Origin: Alloprevotella sp.
Lineage (GTDB): Bacteria; Bacteroidota; Bacteroidia; Bacteroidales; Bacteroidaceae
Direction of reading: 5' to 3'
Assembly: GCA_017471505.1 (NCBI GenBank)
Contig: JAFUTC010000004.1
Coordinates: forward strand, 127,608-191,607
DNA length: 64,000 nucleotides
The translations under genes were made by a program, and so were the position numbers. Numbering within the stretch: the first letter of the stretch is position 1; the number at the start of each line of letters is the position of its first letter. Of the stretch, positions 44,400 through 54,662 are shown in pieces. A model generated the notes under the pieces. That model saw nothing but the letters and a program-made list of their open reading frames with translations. It ran no database searches and had not been told where the DNA came from.

Positions 44400-44501
44400 G
44401 CACCATAAGGCCCGTTTCCGTTTCAAACCTTGGAATGTGCATTTCAGGGCTTGGAATGCGCGTTTCAAGCCTTGGAATGAAAAATTGCATAATGCAATGG
44501 G
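44397..44501. repeat. Chimeric 21-bp-period array, 5 units of two types
   Basis: tttgcaccataaggcccgttt / ccgtttcaaaccttggaatgt / gcatttcagggcttggaatgc / gcgtttcaagccttggaatga / aaaattgcataatgcaatggg. Confidence 0.85.
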
Positions 44502-44532
44502 TAAAAAATTGCCACTACTCGCCATTTTTTTA

Positions 44533-44540
44533 TAATTTTG
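44533..44540 (+). promoter_or_regulatory. Sigma-A -7 box for pheT
   Basis: TAATTTTG about 47 bp upstream of the ATG. Confidence 0.6.
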
Positions 44541-44586
44541 CAACCGATAAAAAATGCCTTTCTTAAAAAGCAAACAATAGTACACG

Positions 44587-47091
44587 ATGAATATATCATT
44601 GAAATGGCTGAAAGAATATGTCGATTTTGACCTTTCAGCAGAAGAGACAGCCGCCGCCCTGACCTCCATCGGCCTCGAAGTAGAAGGTCTGGAAGAAGTA
44701 CCGGCCATCCGCGGCGGACTAAAAGGATTGGTGACCGCCGAAGTATTGTCGTGCGAGCCGCATCCCGACAGCGACCACATGCACGTATGCCGCGTGAACA
44801 TCGGCCAGGACGAGCCGGTCCAAATTGTATGCGGAGCGCCCAACGTGGCTACGGGACAGAAGGTGATTGTGGCTACAATCGGCACGAAGCTCTATGACGG
44901 CGACCAGGAGTTCACTATCAAGAAGTCGAAACTTCGTGGCGTGGAGAGCTTCGGTATGATTTGCGCCGAGGACGAGATTGGCATCGGCACCGACCATAAC
45001 GGCATCATCGTGCTGCCCGCCGACACGGCCGCAGGCATCCCTGCCGCCACCTACTACAACCTTGAGAGTGACTATTTGCTCGAGATTGGCATCACGCCCA
45101 ACCGTGCCGACGCCTGCTCGCACTACGGCGTGGCCCGCGACCTCTATGCGTGGCTCGTGCGCCAAGGTGTCCAGACCCAATTGAAGCGTCCCGACGTGTC
45201 GGCGTTCAAGGTTGACAACCACGACCTGCCCATCGACATTGAAATTGAAGCCTCCGAGGCATGCCCGCGCTATTGCGGCGTGACGCTGACCGGATGCCGC
45301 GTGGCCGAAAGTCCGAAGTGGCTGCAGGAACGCCTGACTGCCATCGGCCTGCGACCCATCAACAACATCGTGGACATAACCAACTACGTAATGATGGCAT
45401 TCGGCCAGCCGCTGCACTGCTTCGACGCCGACATGGTAAAGGGCCGCAAGGTGATTGTAAAGACCCTGCCCGAGGGAACGCCCTTCGTCACGCTCGACGG
45501 CATAGAGCACAAGCTCAGCAACCACGACCTGGCTATTTGCAACGCCGAGGAACCGATGTGCATCGCAGGCGTGTTTGGCGGAAAAGGCAGTGGAACCTAC
45601 GAAAACACCACCAACATCCTGTTCGAAAGCGCCTACTTCAATCCGACATGGATACGCAAGAGCGCCCGGCGCCACGGATTGAACACCGATGCAAGCTTCC
45701 GTTTCGAGAGAGGCATAGACCCCGACGGACAAGTATATGCTATCAAGGTGGCAGCCCTGTTGGCGCAAGAACTGGCAGGCGGCAAAGTGAGCATGGAAAT
45801 ATGCGACGTCAAGGCCAAAGAGATACCGCAGAGCTTCTCCATAGAACTGTCGTTGCAGTACCTGCGCGACCTGGCCGGCGCCTCTATTCCCCTCGACACG
45901 GTCAAGAAGATTCTGCGCGCACTCGAAATCCGAATTGAGCAGGAGAACGAGCAATCGCTCCGCCTGCGCGTGCCGGCCTACCGCGTCGACGTGCAGCGCC
46001 CGTGCGACATAGTAGAAGAAATTCTGCGCATATACGGATACAACAACATTGCCATCCCGTCGCAGATTACCTCGTGCCAAACCATCGAAAACGAAGTCGA
46101 CCGGAGCCAGAAACTGCAGAAACGCATCGCCGACCAACTCGTGGGCCAGGGTTTCAATGAGATTCTCAACAACTCGCTTACGAAGTCGGCCTACTATGCC
46201 GACCTGCAGGCCCTGCCGGCCAATCGGCTCGTGATGCTGCTCAATCCGCTCAGCCAAGACCTCAATGCCATGCGCCAGAGCCTGCTCTTTGGCGGTCTGG
46301 AGAGCCTTGCCCGCAACGTCAACCGTAAGGCCACCGACCTGCGCTTCTTTGAGTTCGGCAACTGCTATAGCTTCGACGCCTCCAAGCGCCAGGCCACGGC
46401 CCCGGAAGCCCAGTCGGGCGAACGACAGGAAGAGGCTCATCACATGACGGCATACGACGAGAAACTGCACCTCGGTTTGTGGCTGACCGGAAACCGGATT
46501 TCCAACAGCTGGGCCCATGCCAATCAGCCCGCCACCGTATTCGAACTCAAGGCATACGCCTACGACGTGCTGATGCGCTTAGGCATCGACCTGCAAACCC
46601 TGCAGACGGCCCACTCCACCAACGACATCTTCAGCCACGGCCTAAGCGTGAGCGACCGCAACGGCAAGTTGCTGCTCGAATTCGGTATCGTTACGAAGAA
46701 ACTCACCGCACCTTTCGGCCTGGAGAACGACGTCTTCTATGCCGACTTCTGCTGGAACGCACTGATGCAAGCCACCCGCAAGCACAAGGTAGAGTTCAGC
46801 GAACTGAGCAAATACCCGGCCGTGTTCCGCGACCTGGCTCTCTTGGTGGACAAGTCCGTCGAGTTTGCCCAGATTGAGCAGATTGTGCTTCGCGCCGATA
46901 AGCGAATTGTGAAGAGCGTAAAGCTATTCGACGTCTACGAAGGCAAAAACCTTGAGGCCGGCAAGAAAAGCTACGCCATCAATATCGTGTTACAGGACGA
47001 CACGCATACCATGAACGAAAAGCAGGTAGAAGCCGTCATGAAGAAGATTGTTTCCTCGCTGACGCACCAGCTTTCCGCCCAACTCCGCTAA
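44587..47091 (+). CDS. pheT: Phenylalanine--tRNA ligase beta subunit
   Basis: IVCGAPNV, ITPNRAD, INNIVDITNY, FRFERG, RDLA/FDVYEG. Confidence 0.95.
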   Translation: MNISLKWLKEYVDFDLSAEETAAALTSIGLEVEGLEEVPAIRGGLKGLVTAEVLSCEPHPDSDHMHVCRVNIGQDEPVQIVCGAPNVATGQKVIVATIGTKLYDGDQEFTIKKSKLRGVESFGMICAEDEIGIGTDHNGIIVLPADTAAGIPAATYYNLESDYLLEIGITPNRADACSHYGVARDLYAWLVRQGVQTQLKRPDVSAFKVDNHDLPIDIEIEASEACPRYCGVTLTGCRVAESPKWLQERLTAIGLRPINNIVDITNYVMMAFGQPLHCFDADMVKGRKVIVKTLPEGTPFVTLDGIEHKLSNHDLAICNAEEPMCIAGVFGGKGSGTYENTTNILFESAYFNPTWIRKSARRHGLNTDASFRFERGIDPDGQVYAIKVAALLAQELAGGKVSMEICDVKAKEIPQSFSIELSLQYLRDLAGASIPLDTVKKILRALEIRIEQENEQSLRLRVPAYRVDVQRPCDIVEEILRIYGYNNIAIPSQITSCQTIENEVDRSQKLQKRIADQLVGQGFNEILNNSLTKSAYYADLQALPANRLVMLLNPLSQDLNAMRQSLLFGGLESLARNVNRKATDLRFFEFGNCYSFDASKRQATAPEAQSGERQEEAHHMTAYDEKLHLGLWLTGNRISNSWAHANQPATVFELKAYAYDVLMRLGIDLQTLQTAHSTNDIFSHGLSVSDRNGKLLLEFGIVTKKLTAPFGLENDVFYADFCWNALMQATRKHKVEFSELSKYPAVFRDLALLVDKSVEFAQIEQIVLRADKRIVKSVKLFDVYEGKNLEAGKKSYAINIVLQDDTHTMNEKQVEAVMKKIVSSLTHQLSAQLR

Positions 47092-47123
47092 TCATTCCAT
47101 CAAACCAATAAACACATTTTCCT

Positions 47124-47852
47124 ATGGGAAGAGCATTTGAATACAGAAAAGCCACCAAACTGAAACGTTGGGGGCACATGGCAAAAACCTTCACTAAGAT
47201 TGGCAAGCAAATCGCTATCGCCGTCAAGGCTGGAGGGCCGGAACCAGAGAACAACCCCGCACTTCGCGCCATCATTGCTACGGCAAAGCACGAAAACATG
47301 CCTAAGGACAACATCGAGCGTGCTATAAAGAACGCAATGGGTAAGGACCAGAGCGAATACAAACCTATGACCTACGAGGGCTACGGACCTCACGGCATAG
47401 CCATCTTTGTAGATACGCTGACCGATAATACCACGCGCACAGTAGGCGATGTCCGCTCTATCTTCAATAAGTTCAACGGCAACTTGGGCACGATGGGCTC
47501 GCTCGCTTTCCTATTCGACCACAAAAGCGTCTTTACCTTCAAGAAAAAAGACGATGTGGACATGGACGAGCTCATACTCGACCTGATTGACTACGGCGTG
47601 GAAGACGAATTTGACGAGGATGAAGAGGAAAACAGCATTACCATCTACGGCGACCCGAAGAGCTTCAGCGAAATCCAGAAGCACCTCGAGGAAAACGGCT
47701 TTGAGATACTGAGCGCCGAGTTTACCTACATTCCCAACGACCTTAAGGAAGTGACCGACGAGCAGCGCGAAACCATCGACAAAATGGTTGAAAGACTCGA
47801 AGAGTTCGACGATGTGCAGACGGTATATACGAACATGAAGCCTGCCGAATAG
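47124..47852 (+). CDS. yebC: YebC/PmpR family protein
   Basis: MGRAFEYRK, MPKDNIERAI, YEGYGPHG, DDVQTVY. Confidence 0.93.
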   Translation: MGRAFEYRKATKLKRWGHMAKTFTKIGKQIAIAVKAGGPEPENNPALRAIIATAKHENMPKDNIERAIKNAMGKDQSEYKPMTYEGYGPHGIAIFVDTLTDNTTRTVGDVRSIFNKFNGNLGTMGSLAFLFDHKSVFTFKKKDDVDMDELILDLIDYGVEDEFDEDEEENSITIYGDPKSFSEIQKHLEENGFEILSAEFTYIPNDLKEVTDEQRETIDKMVERLEEFDDVQTVYTNMKPAE

Positions 47853-47857
47853 GAAAC

Positions 47858-48118
47858 ATGCGCAAAACCATCGACTATCCGACCAAAGGTACGTGCTCCA
47901 CGCTCATACATCTTGAGGTGGAGGACGGCATCATACGCGAAGTTCAGTTTACAGGCGGCTGCAACGGCAACCTGAAAGGCATCTGCTCGCTGGTGAAAGG
48001 CTTGCCGACGCAACAGGTGCTGGAACGCCTCGAAGGCATCAACTGCCGCGAGCGCGGCACCTCTTGTCCCGACCAGTTGTCGCGTGCCATCCGTGCGCTC
48101 GACGCTCAAGCCGACTGA
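47858..48118 (+). CDS. TIGR03905 family TSCPD-domain protein
   Basis: GTCS, GGCNGNL, GINC..RGTSCPDQL. Confidence 0.88.
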   Translation: MRKTIDYPTKGTCSTLIHLEVEDGIIREVQFTGGCNGNLKGICSLVKGLPTQQVLERLEGINCRERGTSCPDQLSRAIRALDAQAD

Positions 48119-48137
48119 CAACCCCACCCCACGGCCT

Positions 48138-49265
48138 ATGCGCATACTTCTATTAGGCGACTACAGTAATGTGCATGCTACCTTGGCCAAGGCTTTGCGT
48201 GCAGAAGGCCACAATGTGACCCTGGCCTCCGATGGGGATGGCTGGAAGGACTATGACCGCGACGTCGACCTCCACAGGTCGGCGTCGGGTTGCTTATCGG
48301 ACGCACGCTGGCTGGCCCGCCTGCTGAAATGCTTCTGCGGTTTTCGCGGCTATGACGTAGTGCAGTTGGTCAACCCCGTATTCCTGCCGCTACGGGCCGA
48401 GCGCATATGGCCGTTCTACCGTTATCTGCGGCGCCACAACAAAAGCGTGTTCCTCGGCGCCTTCGGCATGGACCACTATTATGTAAAGGCGTGTGTCGAG
48501 ACAAAAGCCTTCCGCTACAGCGACTTTAACATCGGCGACAAGAAGCGCACCTATTCCGAAAACGACACATGGATTGCCGACTGGTTGCACGGCCCCAAGG
48601 GCGAACTCAACAAGCGCATGGCAGCCGATGTCGACGGCATCGTCACGGGGCTCTATGAATACGACGCGTCGTATTGGCCCTTCTATGCCGACAAGACTCG
48701 GTTCATCCCCTTCCCCATTGCCCTGCCCGCACAAGTCAACGAGCCCTATCGGCCCGACCGGCCTATGCGGATTTTCGTAGGCATACAGGAACGCCGAAGT
48801 GCCTACAAGGGAACCGACCTACTGCAACGCGCACTACGGCGACTGGCCGCCGAGCAGCCCGCACAGGTGGAAGCCGTCGAGGCCGTAAGCCTGCCGTTCG
48901 ACGAATATGTGAAACGCTTGCAGACGGCCGACGTGCTACTCGACCAAATATACTCCTACACGCCGGCCATGAATGCCCTGGAAGCAATGGCCCATGGCAT
49001 GGCGGTGGTGAGCGGTGGCGAGCCCGAGAACTATACGCTGCTCGGCTGCCACGACCTTCGCCCCATCGTCAACGTGCCTCCCACCGAGGAGGGCGCCTAT
49101 GAAACGCTCCGGCAACTCGTTGCCAACCGCGCCGAACTGCCTCGCCTGCAGCGGGAAAGCCGGGAATACATCGAACGCTACCACGACTCGCGGCTCGTGG
49201 CACAGGCGTATGTCGAGTTTTGGACTTCGCACGGCGCAGGCCCGCAGACTCATGCCACTGAATAA
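48138..49265 (+). CDS. Glycosyltransferase (GT-B/GT4-like)
   Basis: MRILLLGDYSNVH, KGTD, DQIYSYTPAMNALEAMA. Confidence 0.82.
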   Translation: MRILLLGDYSNVHATLAKALRAEGHNVTLASDGDGWKDYDRDVDLHRSASGCLSDARWLARLLKCFCGFRGYDVVQLVNPVFLPLRAERIWPFYRYLRRHNKSVFLGAFGMDHYYVKACVETKAFRYSDFNIGDKKRTYSENDTWIADWLHGPKGELNKRMAADVDGIVTGLYEYDASYWPFYADKTRFIPFPIALPAQVNEPYRPDRPMRIFVGIQERRSAYKGTDLLQRALRRLAAEQPAQVEAVEAVSLPFDEYVKRLQTADVLLDQIYSYTPAMNALEAMAHGMAVVSGGEPENYTLLGCHDLRPIVNVPPTEEGAYETLRQLVANRAELPRLQRESREYIERYHDSRLVAQAYVEFWTSHGAGPQTHATE

Positions 49266-49293
49266 GAAACCTACCGATTCACACGCTCAACCT

Positions 49294-50589
49294 ATGGAAA
49301 CAGCCGAACTCTACCAACTCTTCCTGCAACATCCCGTCGTCACCACCGATACGCGCGATTGTCCGCCCGACTCGCTCTTCTTCGCCCTGCGCGGAGAGAC
49401 CTTCAACGGTAACCGTTTTGCCGACCAGGCCCTCAAGGCCGGTTGCGCCTATGCCATTGTCGACGACGCCGAGGTGGCTCGCACCAATCCGCACTTCATT
49501 CTGGTGGACGACACACTCAAGGCTCTGCAGGAATTGGCCCGCTATCATCGCCGCCAACTGGGTCTGCCTGTCATACAGATTACCGGCACCAACGGAAAGA
49601 CTACTACGAAAGAACTGGTGAGCACGGTTTTGTCTGAAAAGTATAAGGTGCTGTTCACGCAAGGCAATTTCAACAACCACATCGGAGTGCCCAAGACGCT
49701 GCTCCGCCTGTCGGAAACCGACGAGATTGCCGTGGTCGAGAGCGGCGCGAACCATCCCGGCGAGATTGCCACCCTTGCCCGCATCATCGACGCGGACTAC
49801 GGGCTCATCACCAATATCGGCAAGGCCCATCTCGAAGGCTTCGGCTCGTACGAGGGTGTGATACGGACCAAAGGTGAACTCTTCGACTTCCTCCGCACGA
49901 AGCAGGGCAGCCGCATCTTCCTCCACGCCGACAACCCCATACTCCAGCCCATTGCGCACGACCTGCCGGCCTACACATACGGCGCACCCGCACACGACTT
50001 CGACATTGAAGGCGAGGTGGTGGCCTGCAATCCCTATCTGCAGCTGCGTTGGCGCAAGCGAGGCGACAACTGGCACGTGGTGCAGACCCGACTCGTGGGG
50101 GCCTACAACCTCGAAAACGTCCTGGCCGCCGCTGCCGTGGGCACATACTTCAAGGTTTCGCCCGAGCAAATCGACCATGCGCTCGAACACTACCAGCCTA
50201 CCAACCACCGCAGCGAACTGATGCAGACGGAGCATAACCGCCTCATCGTCGACGCCTATAATGCCAACCCGACCAGCATGGCTGCCGCCGTGGAGAACTT
50301 CCGGCTGATGGAGCATCCTAAGAAACTGGCCATATTGGGCGCCATGAGAGAACTGGGCGAGGCAGAAGCCGAGGAGCACCAGAGCCTCATCGACCGTCTC
50401 CATACGCTGTCCGACACCGAGGTGTGGCTCGTCGGCGAGGAGTTCGCTCCCTTTGCCGGCGACTATAGGCTCTTTGCCGACTACGACGACGTGAAGCGCT
50501 ACCTCGAGGCACATCCCGTGGCCGACCACCTTATCCTGATCAAAGGCAGCAATTCCAACCGCCTCTATCTGCTGCCTCCGCTGCTATAG
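49294..50589 (+). CDS. murF: UDP-MurNAc-tripeptide--D-Ala-D-Ala ligase
   Basis: TDTR, TGTNGKTTTKE, GNFNNHIGVP, DAYNANP, IKGS. Confidence 0.93.
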   Translation: METAELYQLFLQHPVVTTDTRDCPPDSLFFALRGETFNGNRFADQALKAGCAYAIVDDAEVARTNPHFILVDDTLKALQELARYHRRQLGLPVIQITGTNGKTTTKELVSTVLSEKYKVLFTQGNFNNHIGVPKTLLRLSETDEIAVVESGANHPGEIATLARIIDADYGLITNIGKAHLEGFGSYEGVIRTKGELFDFLRTKQGSRIFLHADNPILQPIAHDLPAYTYGAPAHDFDIEGEVVACNPYLQLRWRKRGDNWHVVQTRLVGAYNLENVLAAAAVGTYFKVSPEQIDHALEHYQPTNHRSELMQTEHNRLIVDAYNANPTSMAAAVENFRLMEHPKKLAILGAMRELGEAEAEEHQSLIDRLHTLSDTEVWLVGEEFAPFAGDYRLFADYDDVKRYLEAHPVADHLILIKGSNSNRLYLLPPLL

Positions 50590-50603
50590 GTCGGCACGGC
50601 GCA

Positions 50604-50708
50604 AAAATTGCATTATACAATCGGAAAATTGCATAATTGAATTTCGAAATTGCATAATGGAATTTTCAAATTGCATTATGCAATTTTTTCGTCCCATTAT
50701 GTAATTTT
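50604..50708. repeat. 21-bp-period palindromic array, 5 units
   Basis: aaaattgcattatacaatcgg / aaaattgcataattgaatttc / gaaattgcataatggaatttt / caaattgcattatgcaatttt / ttcgtcccattatgtaatttt. Confidence 0.95.
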
Positions 50709-50747
50709 GCAACCCCATATATCACTAATAATCAAACCCATAGAAAC

Positions 50748-52763
50748 ATGAAGAACGGACTATTCCTCGCGTTCGCACTCCTATGCGCCCCGACGACGGC
50801 ACAGGTGCCCCCCACCGACCCCATATCGGCACACATCGACCCGACCGTGCGCCCGCAAGACGACTTCTTCCAATATGCCAACGGCACCTGGCTGAAGGCC
50901 AACGCCATACCGGCCAGCGAGCAGGAAAACGGCATTTTCAAGACCATCCAGGACACGGTCGACGCGCAGGTCTATCGCATCTGCCTGCAGGCCGTGGAAA
51001 AACGCCATCCCTTTGGTTCGGCCAAGCAGAAAATCGGCGATTTCTACTACACTGCCATGGACAGCGCCACAAGCAACCGTGAAGGCATCGCGCCGCTCCG
51101 CGACGACCTGGCACGCCTCAAGGATATCGACTCGCCCGACAAGCTGCTCGTGGCCACCGCCTATGTACAACTCGTGTCGGGCAGCCCGTTCTTCAGTTTC
51201 TACGTGGGTCAGGACGAGAAAGACTCTGAACTGAACACGCTGCATATCGGCCAGGGCGGCCTTACCCTTCCCGACCGCCGCTACTATATGGAAGACGACG
51301 CGCAGAACCTGTCGGCGCGACAGGCATTCCACACCTACGCCGCCACGCTCTTCAGGGCCATGGGCGAAACCGAGTCCGACGCCACTGCGGCAGCCACCGA
51401 CGTGCTGACCGTCGAGCATGCGCTGGCCAAGACAAGTCGCCCGCGCGAAGACACCCGCGACCCGTTCACCAACTACTTTATGATGAGCGTCGACTCGCTG
51501 CGGCTTCTCACCCCGCAGTTCTATTGGCCCGCCTTCTTCCGCGAAGTAGGGCTGGAGAAAGTCGGCCGTGTCGTCGTAGAGCAGCCCGATTTCCTCCAGG
51601 GCCTCAACGACATGCTCGCGCAACTGCCCACAGCCACGCTGCGCAACTATCTGCGCTTCCACTATCTCGACGGGCTGGCCGCCTATGCCGGCGACTCGCT
51701 CTACGAAGCCAGTTTCAACTTCTATTCACGCGCATTGCGCGGAGTCGAGCAACCACGCCCCCGCTGGAAACGAGCCGTCAGCATCACTAACAGCATATTG
51801 GGCGACCTCGTCGGACAAATCTACGTGGACGAATACCTGCCCAAGGGAACCAAAGAAAAGTTCGTCGAGATTGGAAATGCCGTGCGGCAGGAATTTGCCA
51901 TACGCATAAAAAACCTCAGCTGGATGAGCGCCGACACCAAGCATAAGGCCCTCGACAAACTCAACGCCGTAAACATGAAACTGGCCTATCCCGACAAGTG
52001 GAAAGACCTTTCGCGGCTCCACATCACCCGCACTTCCTACCTGAAGAATATGATGGCCTACAGAAAGTGGAGTTCGCAGCGCAACCTCGATAAGCTCGGA
52101 CAGCCCGTGGACCGCGACGAGTGGCACATGCAGCCACAAACCTACAACGCCTACTATAGTCCGTCGAACAACGAGATTTGCATCCCGGGATGCAATATCA
52201 TCGTGCCCGGGTTTGACGGCATGCCCGACGACGCCGTCCTATACGCCATCATCGGAGGCACGTTCGGCCACGAGATAACCCACGGCTTCGACGACCAAGG
52301 ATGCCTGTTCGACAAGAAAGGCAACCTCGAAAACTGGTGGACCACGGCCGACAAGGAACAGTTCGATAAGCGCACGCAGCAGATTGTGCGTCAGTTCGAC
52401 GAATTCTATATTACCGACAGCCTGCACATCAACGGCTCGCTCACGCAAGGCGAGAACATCGCCGACCTGGGCGGTGTAGTCGTGGCACTCGAAGCCTATA
52501 AGAAGACATCCGAGTATCGGAGCGGGCAGCCCATCCATGGTCTGACGCCGCTGCAGCGCTTTTTCCACGGATATGCCCTTGCGTGGATGGAACAACTGCG
52601 TCCGGAAGCCCTGCAGAACCAGGTGAAGAGCAACGAGCACGCTCCGGCCAAGTGGCGCGTCAATGGTCCGCTCGCCAACATCAACGACTTCTACGAAGCC
52701 TATAGCCTCAGACCCGCTGACCACATGTATCGCGCCCCAAAAGACCGCATTGTCATCTGGTAA
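50748..52763 (+). CDS. pepO: M13 family metalloendopeptidase (PepO/neprilysin)
   Basis: Signal peptide, DDFFQYANG, NAYY, HEITHGFDDQG, GENIAD. Confidence 0.9.
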   Translation: MKNGLFLAFALLCAPTTAQVPPTDPISAHIDPTVRPQDDFFQYANGTWLKANAIPASEQENGIFKTIQDTVDAQVYRICLQAVEKRHPFGSAKQKIGDFYYTAMDSATSNREGIAPLRDDLARLKDIDSPDKLLVATAYVQLVSGSPFFSFYVGQDEKDSELNTLHIGQGGLTLPDRRYYMEDDAQNLSARQAFHTYAATLFRAMGETESDATAAATDVLTVEHALAKTSRPREDTRDPFTNYFMMSVDSLRLLTPQFYWPAFFREVGLEKVGRVVVEQPDFLQGLNDMLAQLPTATLRNYLRFHYLDGLAAYAGDSLYEASFNFYSRALRGVEQPRPRWKRAVSITNSILGDLVGQIYVDEYLPKGTKEKFVEIGNAVRQEFAIRIKNLSWMSADTKHKALDKLNAVNMKLAYPDKWKDLSRLHITRTSYLKNMMAYRKWSSQRNLDKLGQPVDRDEWHMQPQTYNAYYSPSNNEICIPGCNIIVPGFDGMPDDAVLYAIIGGTFGHEITHGFDDQGCLFDKKGNLENWWTTADKEQFDKRTQQIVRQFDEFYITDSLHINGSLTQGENIADLGGVVVALEAYKKTSEYRSGQPIHGLTPLQRFFHGYALAWMEQLRPEALQNQVKSNEHAPAKWRVNGPLANINDFYEAYSLRPADHMYRAPKDRIVIW

Positions 52764-52808
52764 GTAAGGTTTTTCGCAGCCAATAGCCCATTTTTGAGGC
52801 AGTTCTAT

Positions 52809-52816
52809 TATCTTTG
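52809..52816 (+). promoter_or_regulatory. Sigma-A -7 box for efp
   Basis: TATCTTTG, with TTTG about 12 bp upstream. Confidence 0.6.
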
Positions 52817-52853
52817 CGACCGAAAAATTGAACAAACTAACATTTATATCCCT

Positions 52854-53420
52854 ATGATCAAATCACAAGACATTAAGAAAGGAACCTGCATCCGTCTGGA
52901 TGGCAAACTCTACTTTTGCATCGATTTCCTTCACGTTAAGCCCGGTAAAGGCAATACGATTATGCGCACGACCCTCAAAGACGTCGTTTCAGGCCGCGTG
53001 CTTGAAAAGCGTTTCAATATCGGCGAGGCCCTCGAAGACGTTCGCGTAGAACGCCGCCCCTATCAGTACTCCTACGCCGAGGGTGACACGCTCCACTTCC
53101 TCAATCAGGAGACCTGGGACGACGTGGTTATCGCCCACGACCTCGTTACCGGCGTCGACTACATGAAGGAAGGCGACGTGGTGGAAGTAGTAAGCGACGC
53201 ATCGTCCGATACCATCCTCTTCGCCGAAATGCCTGTCAAGACGAAACTCAAGGTTGTCTACACGGAACCCGGACTCAAGGGCGACACCGCTACTAACACC
53301 ACCAAGCCCGCTAAGGTCGAGACCGGCGTGGAAGTTCGCGTGCCCCTGTTCATCAACGAAGGCGAAATTATCGAAATAGATACCCGCGACGGCTCCTATC
53401 TGAACCGCGTAAAAGCCTAA
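52854..53420 (+). CDS. efp: Elongation factor P
   Basis: HVKPGKG, PGLKGDT, VPLFI..G..I.IDTR. Confidence 0.95.
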   Translation: MIKSQDIKKGTCIRLDGKLYFCIDFLHVKPGKGNTIMRTTLKDVVSGRVLEKRFNIGEALEDVRVERRPYQYSYAEGDTLHFLNQETWDDVVIAHDLVTGVDYMKEGDVVEVVSDASSDTILFAEMPVKTKLKVVYTEPGLKGDTATNTTKPAKVETGVEVRVPLFINEGEIIEIDTRDGSYLNRVKA

Positions 53421-53460
53421 TCCGCCAGGCCGCAACCCATGCGACCGGCCCACACCGACT

Positions 53461-54471
53461 ATGGAAATACTTGAAAACCTTATAGCACGCGCCCGCTCCA
53501 ACCGCCAGCGCATCGTCTTGCCCGAGGCCGAGGAAGAGCGCACTATCAAAGCTGCCGACAAAGCCCTGGCCGACGGCCTGGCCGATATAGTGCTCATCGG
53601 AAATCCCAACGTAATCCAGAAACACGTCGAGAACTTCGGACTCACACACATATCGGCCGCCACGATTATCGACCCCGAAAACAATCCGAAGTCCGAGGAA
53701 TATGCCCAACTCCTGCAGAAACTGCGCGAAAAGAAAGGCATGACCATCGAACAAGCACGCGAACTGGTCAAGAACCCCCTCTATCTGGGCTGCCTCATTA
53801 TCAAGAGCGGCGACGCCGACGGACAAATCAGCGGAGCCCTCAGCACTACCGGCGAAACATTACGGCCCGCCCTGCAAATTATCAAATGCGCTCCGGGCAT
53901 TACATGCGTCAGCGGAGCCATGTTGCTTATCACGCAGGCCCAGGAATACGGAGATAACGGCGTATTAGTCATGAGCGACGTGGCCGTAACTCCGATGCCT
54001 ACGTCGGAACAACTCGCACAATTTGCCTACTGCACGGCACAAACCGCCCAGGCAGTAGCTGGCATCGAACAGCCCCGTATTGCCATGCTCAGCTTCTCCA
54101 CGAAAGGAAGCGCGAAGCACGAGGTTGTCGACAAAGTGGTCGAAGCTGCGCAGATAGCCAAGACTACTTGGCCCGAACTGAATATTGACGGCGAACTGCA
54201 AGCCGATGCCGCGCTCGTGCCCAGCGTTGGTGAGAAGAAAGCCAAAGGCAGTCCGATTGCAGGACACGCCAATGTGCTCATCGCTCCTAATCTGGAAGTC
54301 GGAAACATCGGTTACAAACTCGTGCAGCGCCTTGGCGGAGCCGTGGCCATCGGACCTATCCTCCAGGGCATCGCTCGCCCGGTGAACGACCTCAGTCGCG
54401 GCTGCTCGGTGGACGACATCTACTATATGATTGCCATAACCTCTTGCCAGGCACAAGCCGCCAAGCAATAG
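53461..54471 (+). CDS. pta: Phosphate acetyltransferase
   Basis: IVLPE, LSFSTKGS, DGELQADAA, GPILQG, DLSRGC. Confidence 0.94.
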   Translation: MEILENLIARARSNRQRIVLPEAEEERTIKAADKALADGLADIVLIGNPNVIQKHVENFGLTHISAATIIDPENNPKSEEYAQLLQKLREKKGMTIEQARELVKNPLYLGCLIIKSGDADGQISGALSTTGETLRPALQIIKCAPGITCVSGAMLLITQAQEYGDNGVLVMSDVAVTPMPTSEQLAQFAYCTAQTAQAVAGIEQPRIAMLSFSTKGSAKHEVVDKVVEAAQIAKTTWPELNIDGELQADAALVPSVGEKKAKGSPIAGHANVLIAPNLEVGNIGYKLVQRLGGAVAIGPILQGIARPVNDLSRGCSVDDIYYMIAITSCQAQAAKQ

Positions 54472-54499
54472 GTCGCTCGAGGCAACCGAACCGCACTAT

Positions 54500-54543
54500 A
54501 AGCCAACCGACAGACACCGCAGTCTGCCGGTTGGCTTTCTTTA
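54500..54543 (+). terminator. Terminator between pta and ackA
   Basis: aagccaaccgacagac...gtctgccggttggctt followed by tcttt. Confidence 0.75.
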
Positions 54544-54662
54544 TGTCGCAGCCACCCTGCCTATTTCCGGCCGAAAACCGCAATTTCGACCACTTTCGCA
54601 TGTGGCTGCCACAGTTTTTCATTAACTTCGCGCAGCAATAAAAACCAAAACAATCTACCCAC

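Noticed and set aside
50604-50708. Arrays as tandem ARG boxes (ArgR, also about 21-bp period) or Fur boxes
   Set aside because: ARG boxes have TGMAT-N4-ATKCA whereas these have TGCAT-N1-ATGCA. The Fur consensus differs. The neighbours are not arginine or iron genes, and one array lies between convergent genes.
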